64,000 nucleotides of DNA from an uncultured bacterium (lineage in GTDB: Bacteria > Hydrothermota > UBA3073 > NMUJ01 > CBEVQO01), in the NCBI GenBank assembly GCA_965552055.1, contig CBEVQO010000008.1:32915-96914 (forward strand), written 5' to 3'. Position numbers and translations under genes: made by a program. The notes under the pieces were generated by a model. It made no database searches, had not been told where the DNA came from, and saw nothing but the letters and a program-made list of their open reading frames with translations. Shown piece after piece: positions 28,095-37,704 of the stretch. Within the stretch, counting starts at the first letter, position 1. Each line of letters begins with the position of its first letter.

Positions 28095-28850
28095 ATGGCA
28101 GGGCATTCACATTGGGCACAAATAAAAAGGAAAAAAATGGCTCAAGACCAGAAGAGAGGAAAACTCTTCTCAAAATTGATGCGAGAGATAATGGTAGCTG
28201 CAAGATTGGGAGGTGGCAATCCCGACACAAATCCCAGACTAAGAAGGGCGATAGATGCTGCAAAAGATGCAGGGATGCCCAAGGATAACATAGAAAGAGC
28301 CATCAAAAAAGGAACAGGCGAGTTGCCGGGTGAAGCACTCGAAGAGGTTAGCTACGAGGGATATGGACCTGCAGGTGTAGCTTTTATGCTCGAAGCGATA
28401 ACGGATAACAAAAACAGGACAACGAATGAGATAAGAAGGATATTCTCAAATTATGGCGGTAACCTCGGACAACACGGTTGTGTGTCATGGATGTTTGAAA
28501 GCAAGGGAATAATCTATGTAGATGAAAATGCGGTTTCCGAAGAAGAATTGTATGATATCGTGATAGATGCAGGTGCAGAAGATATCGAAAAGGAAGGAGG
28601 GATGTATAAAATAACAACCTCGCCAGATGCATTTGAACAGGTAAAAGAGGCATTGAGAGCTCACAATATTGAATTTAAAGCAGAATTCACAAAGATACCC
28701 AAAAACATAATAAAGATAACAAATAAATCGGATGCCGAGAAAATTTTGAAAATGATGGAAGCATTTGACGAACATGATGATATAAGACATGTTTATGCGA
28801 ATTTTGATATCCCTGTAGAAATAATGGAAGAAATAGCATCGAAAGGATGA
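28095..28850 (+). CDS. yebC: YebC/PmpR family protein
   Basis: MAGHSHWAQIKRKK, NPRLR, YEGYGPAGVA, TDNKNRT. Confidence 0.95.
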   Translation: MAGHSHWAQIKRKKMAQDQKRGKLFSKLMREIMVAARLGGGNPDTNPRLRRAIDAAKDAGMPKDNIERAIKKGTGELPGEALEEVSYEGYGPAGVAFMLEAITDNKNRTTNEIRRIFSNYGGNLGQHGCVSWMFESKGIIYVDENAVSEEELYDIVIDAGAEDIEKEGGMYKITTSPDAFEQVKEALRAHNIEFKAEFTKIPKNIIKITNKSDAEKILKMMEAFDEHDDIRHVYANFDIPVEIMEEIASKG

Positions 28851-29308
28851 GGATAATGGGTGTTGACCTTGGATTGCGTGAGCTCGGCTACGCAGTCCTT
28901 GAAAAATCAAAAGTAGTAAAAGCAGGAAAAATAAAAGTAAAGAGTAAAAATCCACTTGAAAAAAGGGTTTATACAATTTATGAAGAATTCAAAAGGCTTC
29001 TCGATGATTTAAATCCCGATATTGTGGTGTATGAAAGCGCTTTTTATAGCGCAAATCCGCGCTCTTACTCCGCACTTTCGCTTTCGCTCGGTGCAGTGTT
29101 AATTGCATCTGCTGAAAAAGGCAAAAAGGTAGAAGAACTTACACCTGCGGAAATCAAAAAATCAATAACAGGAAAAGGAAATGCAGGTAAAAATGCGGTA
29201 AAATATATGGTCTCAAAAATACTTAATATTGAAAAAATTTCTGACGAACATATATCTGATGCAATAGCATGTGCATTATGTTATCAAATGAGGAGTGAAA
29301 ATGAATAG
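28847..29308 (+). CDS. ruvC: Crossover junction endodeoxyribonuclease
   Basis: IMGVDLG, VVYE, IKKSITGKGNAGK, HISDAIACA. Confidence 0.93.
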   Translation: MRIMGVDLGLRELGYAVLEKSKVVKAGKIKVKSKNPLEKRVYTIYEEFKRLLDDLNPDIVVYESAFYSANPRSYSALSLSLGAVLIASAEKGKKVEELTPAEIKKSITGKGNAGKNAVKYMVSKILNIEKISDEHISDAIACALCYQMRSENE

Positions 29309-29522
29309 GAAATTACCTGCAAAAATAGAAAAGGTAGTTGCACCATGTCCTGTTTGCAAGTCGATAACAGATATATGGATAAAAGAGAAAGACGGCGACC
29401 TATACGGAATATGCTCATTCTGTAAAAGCATCGTGTTCTACTTAAACAAAGATGTACCCCAACCTTTCTTCGTAATAGAAGCATTTAAGCAAAAGGATTA
29501 CGAAAGATTCATAAAAGTTTAA
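29301..29522 (+). CDS. Small zinc-ribbon protein
   Basis: CPVC...CSFC; SD GAGGAG; overlaps both ruvC and ruvA. Confidence 0.65.
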   Translation: MNRKLPAKIEKVVAPCPVCKSITDIWIKEKDGDLYGICSFCKSIVFYLNKDVPQPFFVIEAFKQKDYERFIKV

Positions 29523-30064
29523 TGATCGCTAAACTGCGGGGGAAGGTAATCGAAAAAGGGCTAACCTATATTTTTCTCGATGTAAATGGAATTACTTTTT
29601 TACTGAAAATACCTTTAAGTACAGGAAGGGAGATAAAATCGGAAAAAGTAGAATTATTTACTCATCTCGAAATAACAGAAAAAGGTCCGGAATTGTATGG
29701 CTTTTTGACAAAAGAAGAGAAAGAGTTTTTTGAAGATTTGATAGGAATAGCAGGGGTGGGAGGTGCAATTGCTCTCAAAGTTTTGTCTTCATTTTCTTAC
29801 GATGAATTCAAAGAAATTGTCCTTGAAAATAAAGTTTATGAGTTAAAGGCAATAAAAGGGATTGGCGAGAAAACCGCCTTAAGAATAATAGCAGATTTAA
29901 CAGAGAAATACAAAAGAGAAGTGATAACGGATATCGAGAGAGAAGCAGTTAAAGCACTATGTTCCATGGGAGTTGATAGGAAAAAAGCAAGAGAAGTAAT
30001 AAAAAAATGCAAAGAGAGAAAAAACCTTGAAAATTTAATAAAAGAAGCACTAAAAATGCTCTAA
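29522..30064 (+). CDS. ruvA: Holliday junction branch migration protein
   Basis: MIAKLRGKV, LYGF, GVGGAIAL, IKGIGEKTA, ALCSMG. Confidence 0.93.
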   Translation: MIAKLRGKVIEKGLTYIFLDVNGITFLLKIPLSTGREIKSEKVELFTHLEITEKGPELYGFLTKEEKEFFEDLIGIAGVGGAIALKVLSSFSYDEFKEIVLENKVYELKAIKGIGEKTALRIIADLTEKYKREVITDIEREAVKALCSMGVDRKKAREVIKKCKERKNLENLIKEALKML

Positions 30065-30619
30065 CTCTTCTTTAATCTTCAAAAGCATTTCAAATTTCTT
30101 TAAAAAGTTCTTTTCATATTCCTCATCAAGAGTTTTGCATAATTGATTTATCTTTTCCCAATTAAGATTAAGATTTTTATTCATCAAAATACCCTTTATA
30201 TCTTCAATATCTTTGGGTTTTTCTGCTGCCAGTTTGTAAACTATCAATTCTTCAGGCGGACAGATTTTCCATTTTTTGCCCCATATCTCAACTTCCTTTG
30301 CACCATCTAATGCTTCATAATCAATTGTGAAAGACGCAATCCTTACATCAACGGATATACCCTCTTTATACCACAATTTTGCAGGACGCCCTTCTTCTAA
30401 TTTACACAAAGTTTTATCAAAATCAAATTTTAACCCTATTTTTTCCATTTCGAGAAGAAAATTCTTAATATCTTCTTTTTCAATGGAAATCACGATATCG
30501 ATGTTTAATGTAGCAGCAGGTATACCCCAGCATGCCACAGCTACTCTGCCCATCACAAAATAATCGATTTGCAATCGGGATAAAACTTCATTTACCTTCT
30601 GGGCTATTTCTTTTAACAT
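30050..30619 (-). CDS. Nucleotidyltransferase-like protein with degenerate motif
   Basis: VMGRVAVACWGIPAATLNIDI...PEELIVYKL...KPKDIEDI. Confidence 0.7.
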   Translation of the reverse strand: MLKEIAQKVNEVLSRLQIDYFVMGRVAVACWGIPAATLNIDIVISIEKEDIKNFLLEMEKIGLKFDFDKTLCKLEEGRPAKLWYKEGISVDVRIASFTIDYEALDGAKEVEIWGKKWKICPPEELIVYKLAAEKPKDIEDIKGILMNKNLNLNWEKINQLCKTLDEEYEKNFLKKFEMLLKIKEELEHF

Positions 30620-30776
30620 AATTTCTGCCGGCTATATAAAATTGGAAAACAAAGTCAACAAGTTCTTCAAATAATTTGATTTTCTTTCTAAGAGGGAGAT
30701 TCGCTATTTTCACATTTTCTTCTCTTTTCATTTCTTCGAAATCTTTCTTGATTTTTTCCCCTGGTGTTTGTTTCAC
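30588..30776 (-). CDS. Small partner protein of the nucleotidyltransferase
   Basis: Coupled to flanking genes; LPLRKKIKLFEEL. Confidence 0.55.
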   Translation of the reverse strand: MKQTPGEKIKKDFEEMKREENVKIANLPLRKKIKLFEELVDFVFQFYIAGRNYVKRNSPEGK

Positions 30777-31711
30777 TTCGGGATATTTTTTATAAGTTTA
30801 AGCCAGGTTCCTTTGCCAAGTTGCATTCCTTTTACTTTTGGTGCGGAACTTATTTCAACTTTATCAAAAATTTTTCTCAAAGCATCAAGTCCACCGCCTT
30901 TCTTTAATTTCCCACCAAATCCTATGCCCTTGCCGTAATCTATCACATTTACTATTACTTTTCTGGGCTCCATTTCATAACTTATTTCAATGATGCCATC
31001 TTTTCTTCCTCCATATCCATGCTGTATTGCATTCATCATCGCTTCTTTTGCAACAAATTCAAGAGTAGATTCCGGAATCTCTTCCCTCGTAAATCTTGCT
31101 TCCTGATAAAACACTTTCTCAAGGAAAACATAGAAAGCGGCAATATATTTGGGTTCACTTGGTAAGGTAATCACATCTTTTAATCTTGCTTCAACGATAT
31201 ATTTTCTGATATTCTCGGCTTCTATTTGCACTTTTCCTTTTCCAACATAACTTGCGAGCACCTCGAGCCATGTTTTCCTTGCACTTACACCAATCATGCT
31301 TTTTACACGCTGCTCCTGCATCACACGAGCAAGCACCTGTGAAATAACTCCTTCTTCCGCTAATTTCTCAAGCGATGAGTAAACAGTAAAATGCCGAAAA
31401 ACATCAAGAAGCTCAAGGGTTGATTTCACTCCATCTGCTGGCTCCGATAAATAGGCATATTCCCTTTTTGCTTTTCCTATATTTAACAAAAGTTTTATGC
31501 CAGTTGACGAAATAAATCTCAGATTAACAATATCAATTATAAAATTCGATGGCTTTGAAAGGCACTTCCATTTTATATCATTTAAAAGCTCAGCTGCTAC
31601 TTCGGTCTCAAGTGAACCCCCGAAAACAAATCCCCATGTATCGTGTGCAAAATCATAATTCATAAATGCTTTAAAACTGGGAAAATTACGCTCGTAAGTT
31701 TTTACACTCAT
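30773..31711 (-). CDS. STAS (anti-anti-sigma) plus RsbW-like HATPase (anti-sigma kinase) fusion
   Basis: IDIVNLRFISSTGIKLL; EAMMNAIQHG, VIDYGKG, GGGL; ATG 31711 five nt after TTGACA-15-TATAAT. Confidence 0.75.
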   Translation of the reverse strand: MSVKTYERNFPSFKAFMNYDFAHDTWGFVFGGSLETEVAAELLNDIKWKCLSKPSNFIIDIVNLRFISSTGIKLLLNIGKAKREYAYLSEPADGVKSTLELLDVFRHFTVYSSLEKLAEEGVISQVLARVMQEQRVKSMIGVSARKTWLEVLASYVGKGKVQIEAENIRKYIVEARLKDVITLPSEPKYIAAFYVFLEKVFYQEARFTREEIPESTLEFVAKEAMMNAIQHGYGGRKDGIIEISYEMEPRKVIVNVIDYGKGIGFGGKLKKGGGLDALRKIFDKVEISSAPKVKGMQLGKGTWLKLIKNIPK

Positions 31712-31723
31712 CAATTATTATAA

Positions 31724-33118
31724 TCATCCCGGAGATTTGTCAACAGAAAATAAAAATACTTCAATGCAGGGAAATTCATATTTCCCGAGTAACTTAAAAT
31801 CCTTTCTTAATATCTCAAAGTATTTATGTTTCGTTTTCCAGTTATGTGATAAAATTAACCAGATTCTATTGTAATTTTTCAGTTCATCTTTTATTTTTTG
31901 ATAAAATTCTTCCGGATTTTCCGATGACAATCCTATTCTTCTGCATCTTCCCCTGTAGTAAAAATCAAAAGGCATCCGCATATATCCTGCATCAAAAAGT
32001 AAAATGTCTTTTTCCTTTGCTTTTTCTTCCATAAAGTGTGCAAATTTACGCCAATCTTCCTCGGGATAAATCCATCTTTTATAAATCGAAATCAAATTCA
32101 GAAAAATGATAAATGCAACCAAAATGTTACGATGATTTCCTTTGAATTGAGATAATCCTTCGCAAAAAAGATAAAAGAAAACAGGATAAAGCCATAGCAA
32201 ATATTTCGGATGATGCATAACCCTATACAACTTGAAACTCAAAAGAAAAGTAAAAATCAAAGATAAAAGAAGACAATATCCCATAAATTTCCCTTTCCAG
32301 TTTTTCTTAAATCCACGATATAAAATGAATACATTTAAAAGGAACAAAATTAAAAGAGGAAATGCTTTTGCAAAACACTTTGCATCGCTTATACCTTTTA
32401 CCTTTATCAGATATTCTCCGAAGCAGAAAACATGAATAAAATAAGGAATAACTGCACCTGTGGAAAGATGAAAACTCGCTACCTCCTTGCGATGGGATAA
32501 TTGCTCTTTAAAAAGAAAAAACAAAGGCAAAATAAGTATAAAAACGAAAAGATAGGACAAAATATAAAATTTAAATGGTGATCGGGATTTCCTTTTGAAA
32601 ATTAAATAAAGGAAAAATAAAACAATAAGCAAAACAGAAGATAGATAAAAATTGTAAAGAGAAAGGACAGAAAAAATGACAAAAAATATAAAATTCCTAA
32701 AATTGTTTTCTTCGAATGTTTTTATGAAGAAATAAATTAACGCTGAAGAAAAGAGGATAACGAGTGGATACATACGCGCTTCTATTCCCCATTCCCACAG
32801 ATAAGCGCTGAAACAGCATATCAGCAGCGAATACCAGCTCTTATGCAGCTTAAATAGAAAAATAATGGATAAAAGTCCGGATATTAAAAATATAAATCTT
32901 ATTCCAATTTCGGACTTTGAAATATCAAAAATTTTATGCAGGAAATAATGCAAAGGAGGATGTGCATCGTATTTTACTTCCTGTAATATCTGTGCAAAAC
33001 TTTTTTGTCCTACATAAAAGGCAAATACTTCATCCAAGTCAAGAGGTCTGTGAATAGCGAAAATAACCCGCAGTAATAAGGCGATAATTATTAATGGAAA
33101 AAATTTTTTATTCTGCAC
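31724..33118 (-). CDS. GT-C (PMT/ArnT-like, family 39) membrane glycosyltransferase
   Basis: LDLDE, DAHPPLHY, EARMY; many TM helices. Confidence 0.8.
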   Translation of the reverse strand: MQNKKFFPLIIIALLLRVIFAIHRPLDLDEVFAFYVGQKSFAQILQEVKYDAHPPLHYFLHKIFDISKSEIGIRFIFLISGLLSIIFLFKLHKSWYSLLICCFSAYLWEWGIEARMYPLVILFSSALIYFFIKTFEENNFRNFIFFVIFSVLSLYNFYLSSVLLIVLFFLYLIFKRKSRSPFKFYILSYLFVFILILPLFFLFKEQLSHRKEVASFHLSTGAVIPYFIHVFCFGEYLIKVKGISDAKCFAKAFPLLILFLLNVFILYRGFKKNWKGKFMGYCLLLSLIFTFLLSFKLYRVMHHPKYLLWLYPVFFYLFCEGLSQFKGNHRNILVAFIIFLNLISIYKRWIYPEEDWRKFAHFMEEKAKEKDILLFDAGYMRMPFDFYYRGRCRRIGLSSENPEEFYQKIKDELKNYNRIWLILSHNWKTKHKYFEILRKDFKLLGKYEFPCIEVFLFSVDKSPG

Positions 33119-34124
33119 TCGTAAGGATACTCAACATCAAACACCCAACTATGGGTGCTACAACAACGGATGCTATTTTAACGACATCATCATCTGTACC
33201 AAAAAATGAACTTTTTCCCAGAACCGTCCCCATTTTTACAAATACACCATCATGATAATACTCTCCGCCAAAATTAGCATAGACAAAATTATAGCCCAGT
33301 TGCATCAAAACTCTGAAGTCATAAAACCTGAACATCGAATAGCCGATAAATGCACTTAAAGAGAGGCCACTGGTAGATTCCCGTTCCCATTCTCCAATCT
33401 CGTATGTTATCCCTCTTATCCCGATGTTAAAACCCATGATAGTTGAGTTATCACTCTGTGGCTTATTATATTTCATCACTCCAATATCTACCCCCATCAT
33501 TGTTAAATTGTTCGCTGCAGAAAAAGAAAAATCAACATTCGCAGAATATTTCATAGCTTCCGCAAGAATGGAAATGCCAAATTCCGTTAAAATATCTTCC
33601 ACATTACTATACCCTGCAATTGGTATTAAAGAGCCAACATAAACACCACTGCTCTTGAAAGCTCCTTTTCTTATTTTTTCCCGAATAAGCTCACGAGAGG
33701 TAATCGCTCCTATTCGCACTGTTGAATAAAATTTTGTATTATAAGAGACACTTATACCTGCTCTTTTCATAACAACATCGAGAGAATAAATATGAAAGGG
33801 AATCTGGTCTGTAAATTCAACTCCTTTGTTAACATCTACCTTGTAAAGCATTAAAATGTATTTTTTCTCCGTCAGCTGCGATAATTTTGCATAAATAGCT
33901 TTCTGTGCTCCTTTTTCTTTAGCAACGGCAAGCGCTTTTTCCACATCATCGCAATAATCCTTAACGAATATTAAATCAAATTTCCTTACATCATGGAGCG
34001 AAGAAAGAAATAATTCGGTCGATGTTTCAATTATATTTTCCTTAATTTCTCCAACGGGCGTTACTTTAAAGACAACCGCTTTGGGGCGTGTCTCCACCAT
34101 GACCAAAAATAAAAGACATAACAT
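33108..34124 (-). CDS. Hypothetical exported protein, probably with an outer-membrane beta-barrel
   Basis: SD AAGGAGG; signal-like N-terminus; alternating beta-strand C-terminal half. Confidence 0.55.
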   Translation of the reverse strand: MLCLLFLVMVETRPKAVVFKVTPVGEIKENIIETSTELFLSSLHDVRKFDLIFVKDYCDDVEKALAVAKEKGAQKAIYAKLSQLTEKKYILMLYKVDVNKGVEFTDQIPFHIYSLDVVMKRAGISVSYNTKFYSTVRIGAITSRELIREKIRKGAFKSSGVYVGSLIPIAGYSNVEDILTEFGISILAEAMKYSANVDFSFSAANNLTMMGVDIGVMKYNKPQSDNSTIMGFNIGIRGITYEIGEWERESTSGLSLSAFIGYSMFRFYDFRVLMQLGYNFVYANFGGEYYHDGVFVKMGTVLGKSSFFGTDDDVVKIASVVVAPIVGCLMLSILTSAE

Positions 34125-34232
34125 TTCGCCCTCCTTAAATTATGTTAAGGAATTTATCAAAATGTCAAGTGTAAAATGAAAAAATATAAAAAGAGTATGC
34201 TTGACAATTTCTAAAATCTGATAACATTTTAT

Positions 34233-34592
34233 GTGGGTGAAACTATTGCAAAAATAAAAGTATTCGATTTGACAGGTAAAAGAAGTATAGAAGTAAATGC
34301 ACTCGTAGATACAGGTGCAACCTATACCGCAATACCAGAAAAATTACTGGAAAGCATAGGAATTAAAAAAGATGGTAAAATAAAAATAAAGTTTGCAAAT
34401 GGAAAAATCGAAGAAAGATACATCGGAAATGTTTTAATAGAAGTGGAAGGAATTAAAAGAGCAAATCCCGTTATTTTTGCAAAAGAAGAAGATGCAATTG
34501 TAATTGGACTAATAACACTCGAATCATGTGGATTGACAGTTGACCCCATAAGTAAAAAATTAATTCCGCTCCCGGAAATACACCATTATTAA
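34233..34592 (+). CDS. Clan AA retroviral-like aspartyl protease
   Basis: ALVDTGAT...IGLITLE..GLTVDP. Confidence 0.85.
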   Translation: MGETIAKIKVFDLTGKRSIEVNALVDTGATYTAIPEKLLESIGIKKDGKIKIKFANGKIEERYIGNVLIEVEGIKRANPVIFAKEEDAIVIGLITLESCGLTVDPISKKLIPLPEIHHY

Positions 34593-34628
34593 TCCCATTG
34601 ACACAGATATTGCTTTAAAACAATTGAG

Positions 34629-35753
34629 ATGACCGAAGGCATTAGAATACTGGCAGGAGGATTGCTCGCACGAGAAAAAGCACTTTTCATACTATCAAAT
34701 AACATAGCAAACATAAATACCCCGGGATACAAAAGGGATATTCCTTTCTTCCAGAATTATATCCTGAAAAAAATTACGGAAAAAGAATTTATGGAAATCA
34801 AACCTTTACTCGATAAAATAGCACCCTTTAATCCACTTATTGAAAAAGCAGGAAAGAAATTTAGAATTGACCCGGATATTATAAGAGCAATGATTATGAA
34901 GGAATCCGGAGGTAACCCCAAAGCAGTATCAAGAGCAGGTGCAAAGGGCTTAATGCAGTTAACAGACCCTGTAATAAAGATGTACGGAGTGAAAGACCCA
35001 TTTGACCCCAAAGAAAACATAATGGCAGGTGCAAAATATTTAAGATATTTGCTCGATAGATATAACGGGGATAAAAAACTCGCTCTCGCAGCATATAACG
35101 CAGGACCCACAGCAGTTGATAGATGGGGAGGAATACCACCTTACAGAGAAACAGTGCATTATGTCATGGATGTAGAAAGATGGGCAAAAATAATGAAAAA
35201 AGGAAGAAAAGTAAGACCATTTGTGAGAACTGTAATTGACATGAAACCGGGCAAAATTGAGAAAACAGGAAATCCACTCGATCTTGCAATAGATGGAAAG
35301 GGCTTTTTCGCAATAATGACACCTTTTGGATTGAGATATACAAGGAATGGAAACTTCACAATCAACAAAGACGGAGTTATAACAACCATGACAGGTGAAC
35401 CACTTTGTAGCACAAAATACGACAAAATAGTGATCCCAAGAGATGCAAAATTAATAGAAATTGATGAAGATGGAAAAGTATATGCTGATAAAAACTTTAT
35501 CGCACAAATCCTTGTGCTTGACTTCGATGAAGTTAAAAAAGAAGGTGAAAATTTATTTATAGCACTTTCGGATGCAAAAAAACCGAATTGCAGGATATTG
35601 CAGGGATACCTTGAAGCATCAAATGTCAATCCTTTGAGAGAAGTCACCACATTAATCACCAACTTTAGATTTTTTGAAGCGAGTCAAACATCTTTATCCG
35701 CTCAGGATAGAACTTTGCAGAGCTTGATTAGGGAGGCACCGAGATTAACATAA
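34629..35753 (+). CDS. flgF: Flagellar rod protein FlgF with an internal SLT lytic transglycosylase domain
   Basis: SNNIANINTPGYK; SLT motifs ES/GLMQ/AYNAG at aa ~67-185; TGNPLDLAIDGKGFF, YTRNGNF, QGYLEASNVN; directly upstream of flgG. Confidence 0.88.
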   Translation: MTEGIRILAGGLLAREKALFILSNNIANINTPGYKRDIPFFQNYILKKITEKEFMEIKPLLDKIAPFNPLIEKAGKKFRIDPDIIRAMIMKESGGNPKAVSRAGAKGLMQLTDPVIKMYGVKDPFDPKENIMAGAKYLRYLLDRYNGDKKLALAAYNAGPTAVDRWGGIPPYRETVHYVMDVERWAKIMKKGRKVRPFVRTVIDMKPGKIEKTGNPLDLAIDGKGFFAIMTPFGLRYTRNGNFTINKDGVITTMTGEPLCSTKYDKIVIPRDAKLIEIDEDGKVYADKNFIAQILVLDFDEVKKEGENLFIALSDAKKPNCRILQGYLEASNVNPLREVTTLITNFRFFEASQTSLSAQDRTLQSLIREAPRLT

Positions 35754-35763
35754 AGGAGGGGCT

Positions 35764-36555
35764 ATGTTGCGAGCTATGAAAACAGCGGTAACGGGCATGA
35801 ATGCCCAGCAAATTTTGATAGACACCATCGCTAACAACCTCGCAAATATAAACACCGTGGGATATAAGGCACAGAGAGCTACTTTTAGAGACCTCTTATA
35901 TCAAACGATAAAAGAACCCGGCAGAATAGTAAGGCTAAATTATACAGCACCCATTGGGATTCAACTTGGATGCGGAACAGAAGTATCAGCAGTAGAAAGG
36001 GATTTTAGAAAAGGCAGGGTATTACAGACGGGTAATCCTCTTGATGTCTTAATCGATGGAGATGGATTTTTCGAGGTAGAACTCCCTGATGGAAGAATAG
36101 CATATACAAGGGATGGTGCATTTAAACTCTCTGCAGATGGATTACTCGTAACAAGCGAAGGATATCCACTTCTACAAAGGATTTATATACCACCGGAAGC
36201 AGAATCTATCATCATTTCAAAAGACGGAACTGTTTCTGTAACTTATCCCGATGAAGTAGAGCCTGAAGTTTTGGGACAGATTATGATTGCGAAGTTCGTA
36301 AACCCTCAGGGACTCAAAGCAATAGGCGAAAACTTATATGTTGAGACACCGGCATCAGGAAAGCCAATAGAAGGAGTGCCAGGTGAAGAAGGATTCGGTG
36401 AACTGCGACAATCATATCTTGAAATGGCAAATGTTGATATAGTAAAAGAGATGGTAAATATGATTATGGCTCAAAGAGCATTCGAGATAGCAAGCAGGGT
36501 AATTACAACATCAGATAGAATGTTCGAGATAACAAATAGATTGGTAAGAGCATGA
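35764..36555 (+). CDS. flgG: Flagellar distal rod protein
   Basis: ANNLANINTVGYK, F.DLLYQ, TGNPLD, YTRDG, LEMANV..V.EMV.MI.AQRAFE. Confidence 0.95.
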   Translation: MLRAMKTAVTGMNAQQILIDTIANNLANINTVGYKAQRATFRDLLYQTIKEPGRIVRLNYTAPIGIQLGCGTEVSAVERDFRKGRVLQTGNPLDVLIDGDGFFEVELPDGRIAYTRDGAFKLSADGLLVTSEGYPLLQRIYIPPEAESIIISKDGTVSVTYPDEVEPEVLGQIMIAKFVNPQGLKAIGENLYVETPASGKPIEGVPGEEGFGELRQSYLEMANVDIVKEMVNMIMAQRAFEIASRVITTSDRMFEITNRLVRA

Positions 36556-37151
36556 TTGCTTTATTCTTAATCTTTTTAAATCTTGATTCATTAATCAACT
36601 GCGAAATCAAAAAAGCATTTGGCGATAATTATATTGCAGAAATTGAGAACAAAAATACATTAAAATTCGATAGTATTGCGATTTTAAATCTTCCGCAGAA
36701 ATTATCCGAAAATTTGATAATACCTGTTTTAGCTTCTGTTGATACTCTGACACAAAGATTGTTTATAAGTATAAGGGTGGAAAAGGAGGCTGAAGTGCCT
36801 CTGGCTTTGAGGGATATAAAAAGAGGAGAGATAATAAAAGAAGGGGATTATAAAATCGTTCACAAAAAAATTCCGATTTATTTGAATGTCAAGGAAAATA
36901 TTTGCGGTATGAGAGCCAAAAGATTGATAAGAGCAGGTGAAGTTATTACATTGGAAGATGTTGAAAAACCTCCTCTTGTGAGGTATGGCGATATAGTGAT
37001 GGTAATTTTGAAAGAGGGCAATCTAAAAATATCGACGAGAGGAAGGGCGATGCGTGATGGCTGGGAAGGCGATATAATTCCTGTGCGATTATACAACGGG
37101 AAAATTTTACAGGGAAAAGTTTTATCAAACGGGAAAATTATTCTAATGTAG
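36552..37151 (+). CDS. flgA: P-ring assembly chaperone
   Basis: SAF-like RDIKRGEII; PPLVRYGDIV; GRAMRDG..GD.I.V. Confidence 0.85.
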   Translation: MIALFLIFLNLDSLINCEIKKAFGDNYIAEIENKNTLKFDSIAILNLPQKLSENLIIPVLASVDTLTQRLFISIRVEKEAEVPLALRDIKRGEIIKEGDYKIVHKKIPIYLNVKENICGMRAKRLIRAGEVITLEDVEKPPLVRYGDIVMVILKEGNLKISTRGRAMRDGWEGDIIPVRLYNGKILQGKVLSNGKIILM

Positions 37152-37159
37152 GAGGGATT

Positions 37160-37702
37160 ATGCTTTTATTCTTACTTTTGCAATTTGAATCACTTTACAG
37201 TGACCTCAAACCCAAAACCGTGGGTGATATCGTAACAGTCATAATTGTGGAAGAAGCTTCAGGATTGCACGAAACAGAAGTATCTACCGGTAAAGAGGCG
37301 AAACTGGGATTTGAAGAAGAAGCAGCAGGATTATCATACATTGCAAAATTCCTCAGCAAGATACCTTTAAGTGCATCTTTCGGATTCGGTGCTCATAATA
37401 AACATAAGGGTAAAGGCAAAATTAAAAGAAAGAATATGTTGACTGGAATAATAACTTGCAGGGTTACGGATGTGCTTGAAAATGGAAATCTGATGATTTA
37501 TGGAAAAAAGGAAGTAGTGGTAAATAGAGAAAGATGTGCAATTGAACTATCAGGAATAATAAGACCCGAAGATGTAGAACCAGACAATACAATACTATCA
37601 ACAAAAATAGCGGATGCAAAAATTAAATACACAGGAAAAGGTGTGGTATCGGGAGGAACAAAAAAGGGAATATTTCACAGATTGCTTGACTGGATATTCT
37701 GA
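37160..37702 (+). CDS. flgH: Flagellar L-ring protein
   Basis: SLYSD..VGDIVTVII.E, VLENGNL.I.G, SGIIRPED, STKIADA. Confidence 0.9.
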   Translation: MLLFLLLQFESLYSDLKPKTVGDIVTVIIVEEASGLHETEVSTGKEAKLGFEEEAAGLSYIAKFLSKIPLSASFGFGAHNKHKGKGKIKRKNMLTGIITCRVTDVLENGNLMIYGKKEVVVNRERCAIELSGIIRPEDVEPDNTILSTKIADAKIKYTGKGVVSGGTKKGIFHRLLDWIF

Positions 37703-37704
37703 AA

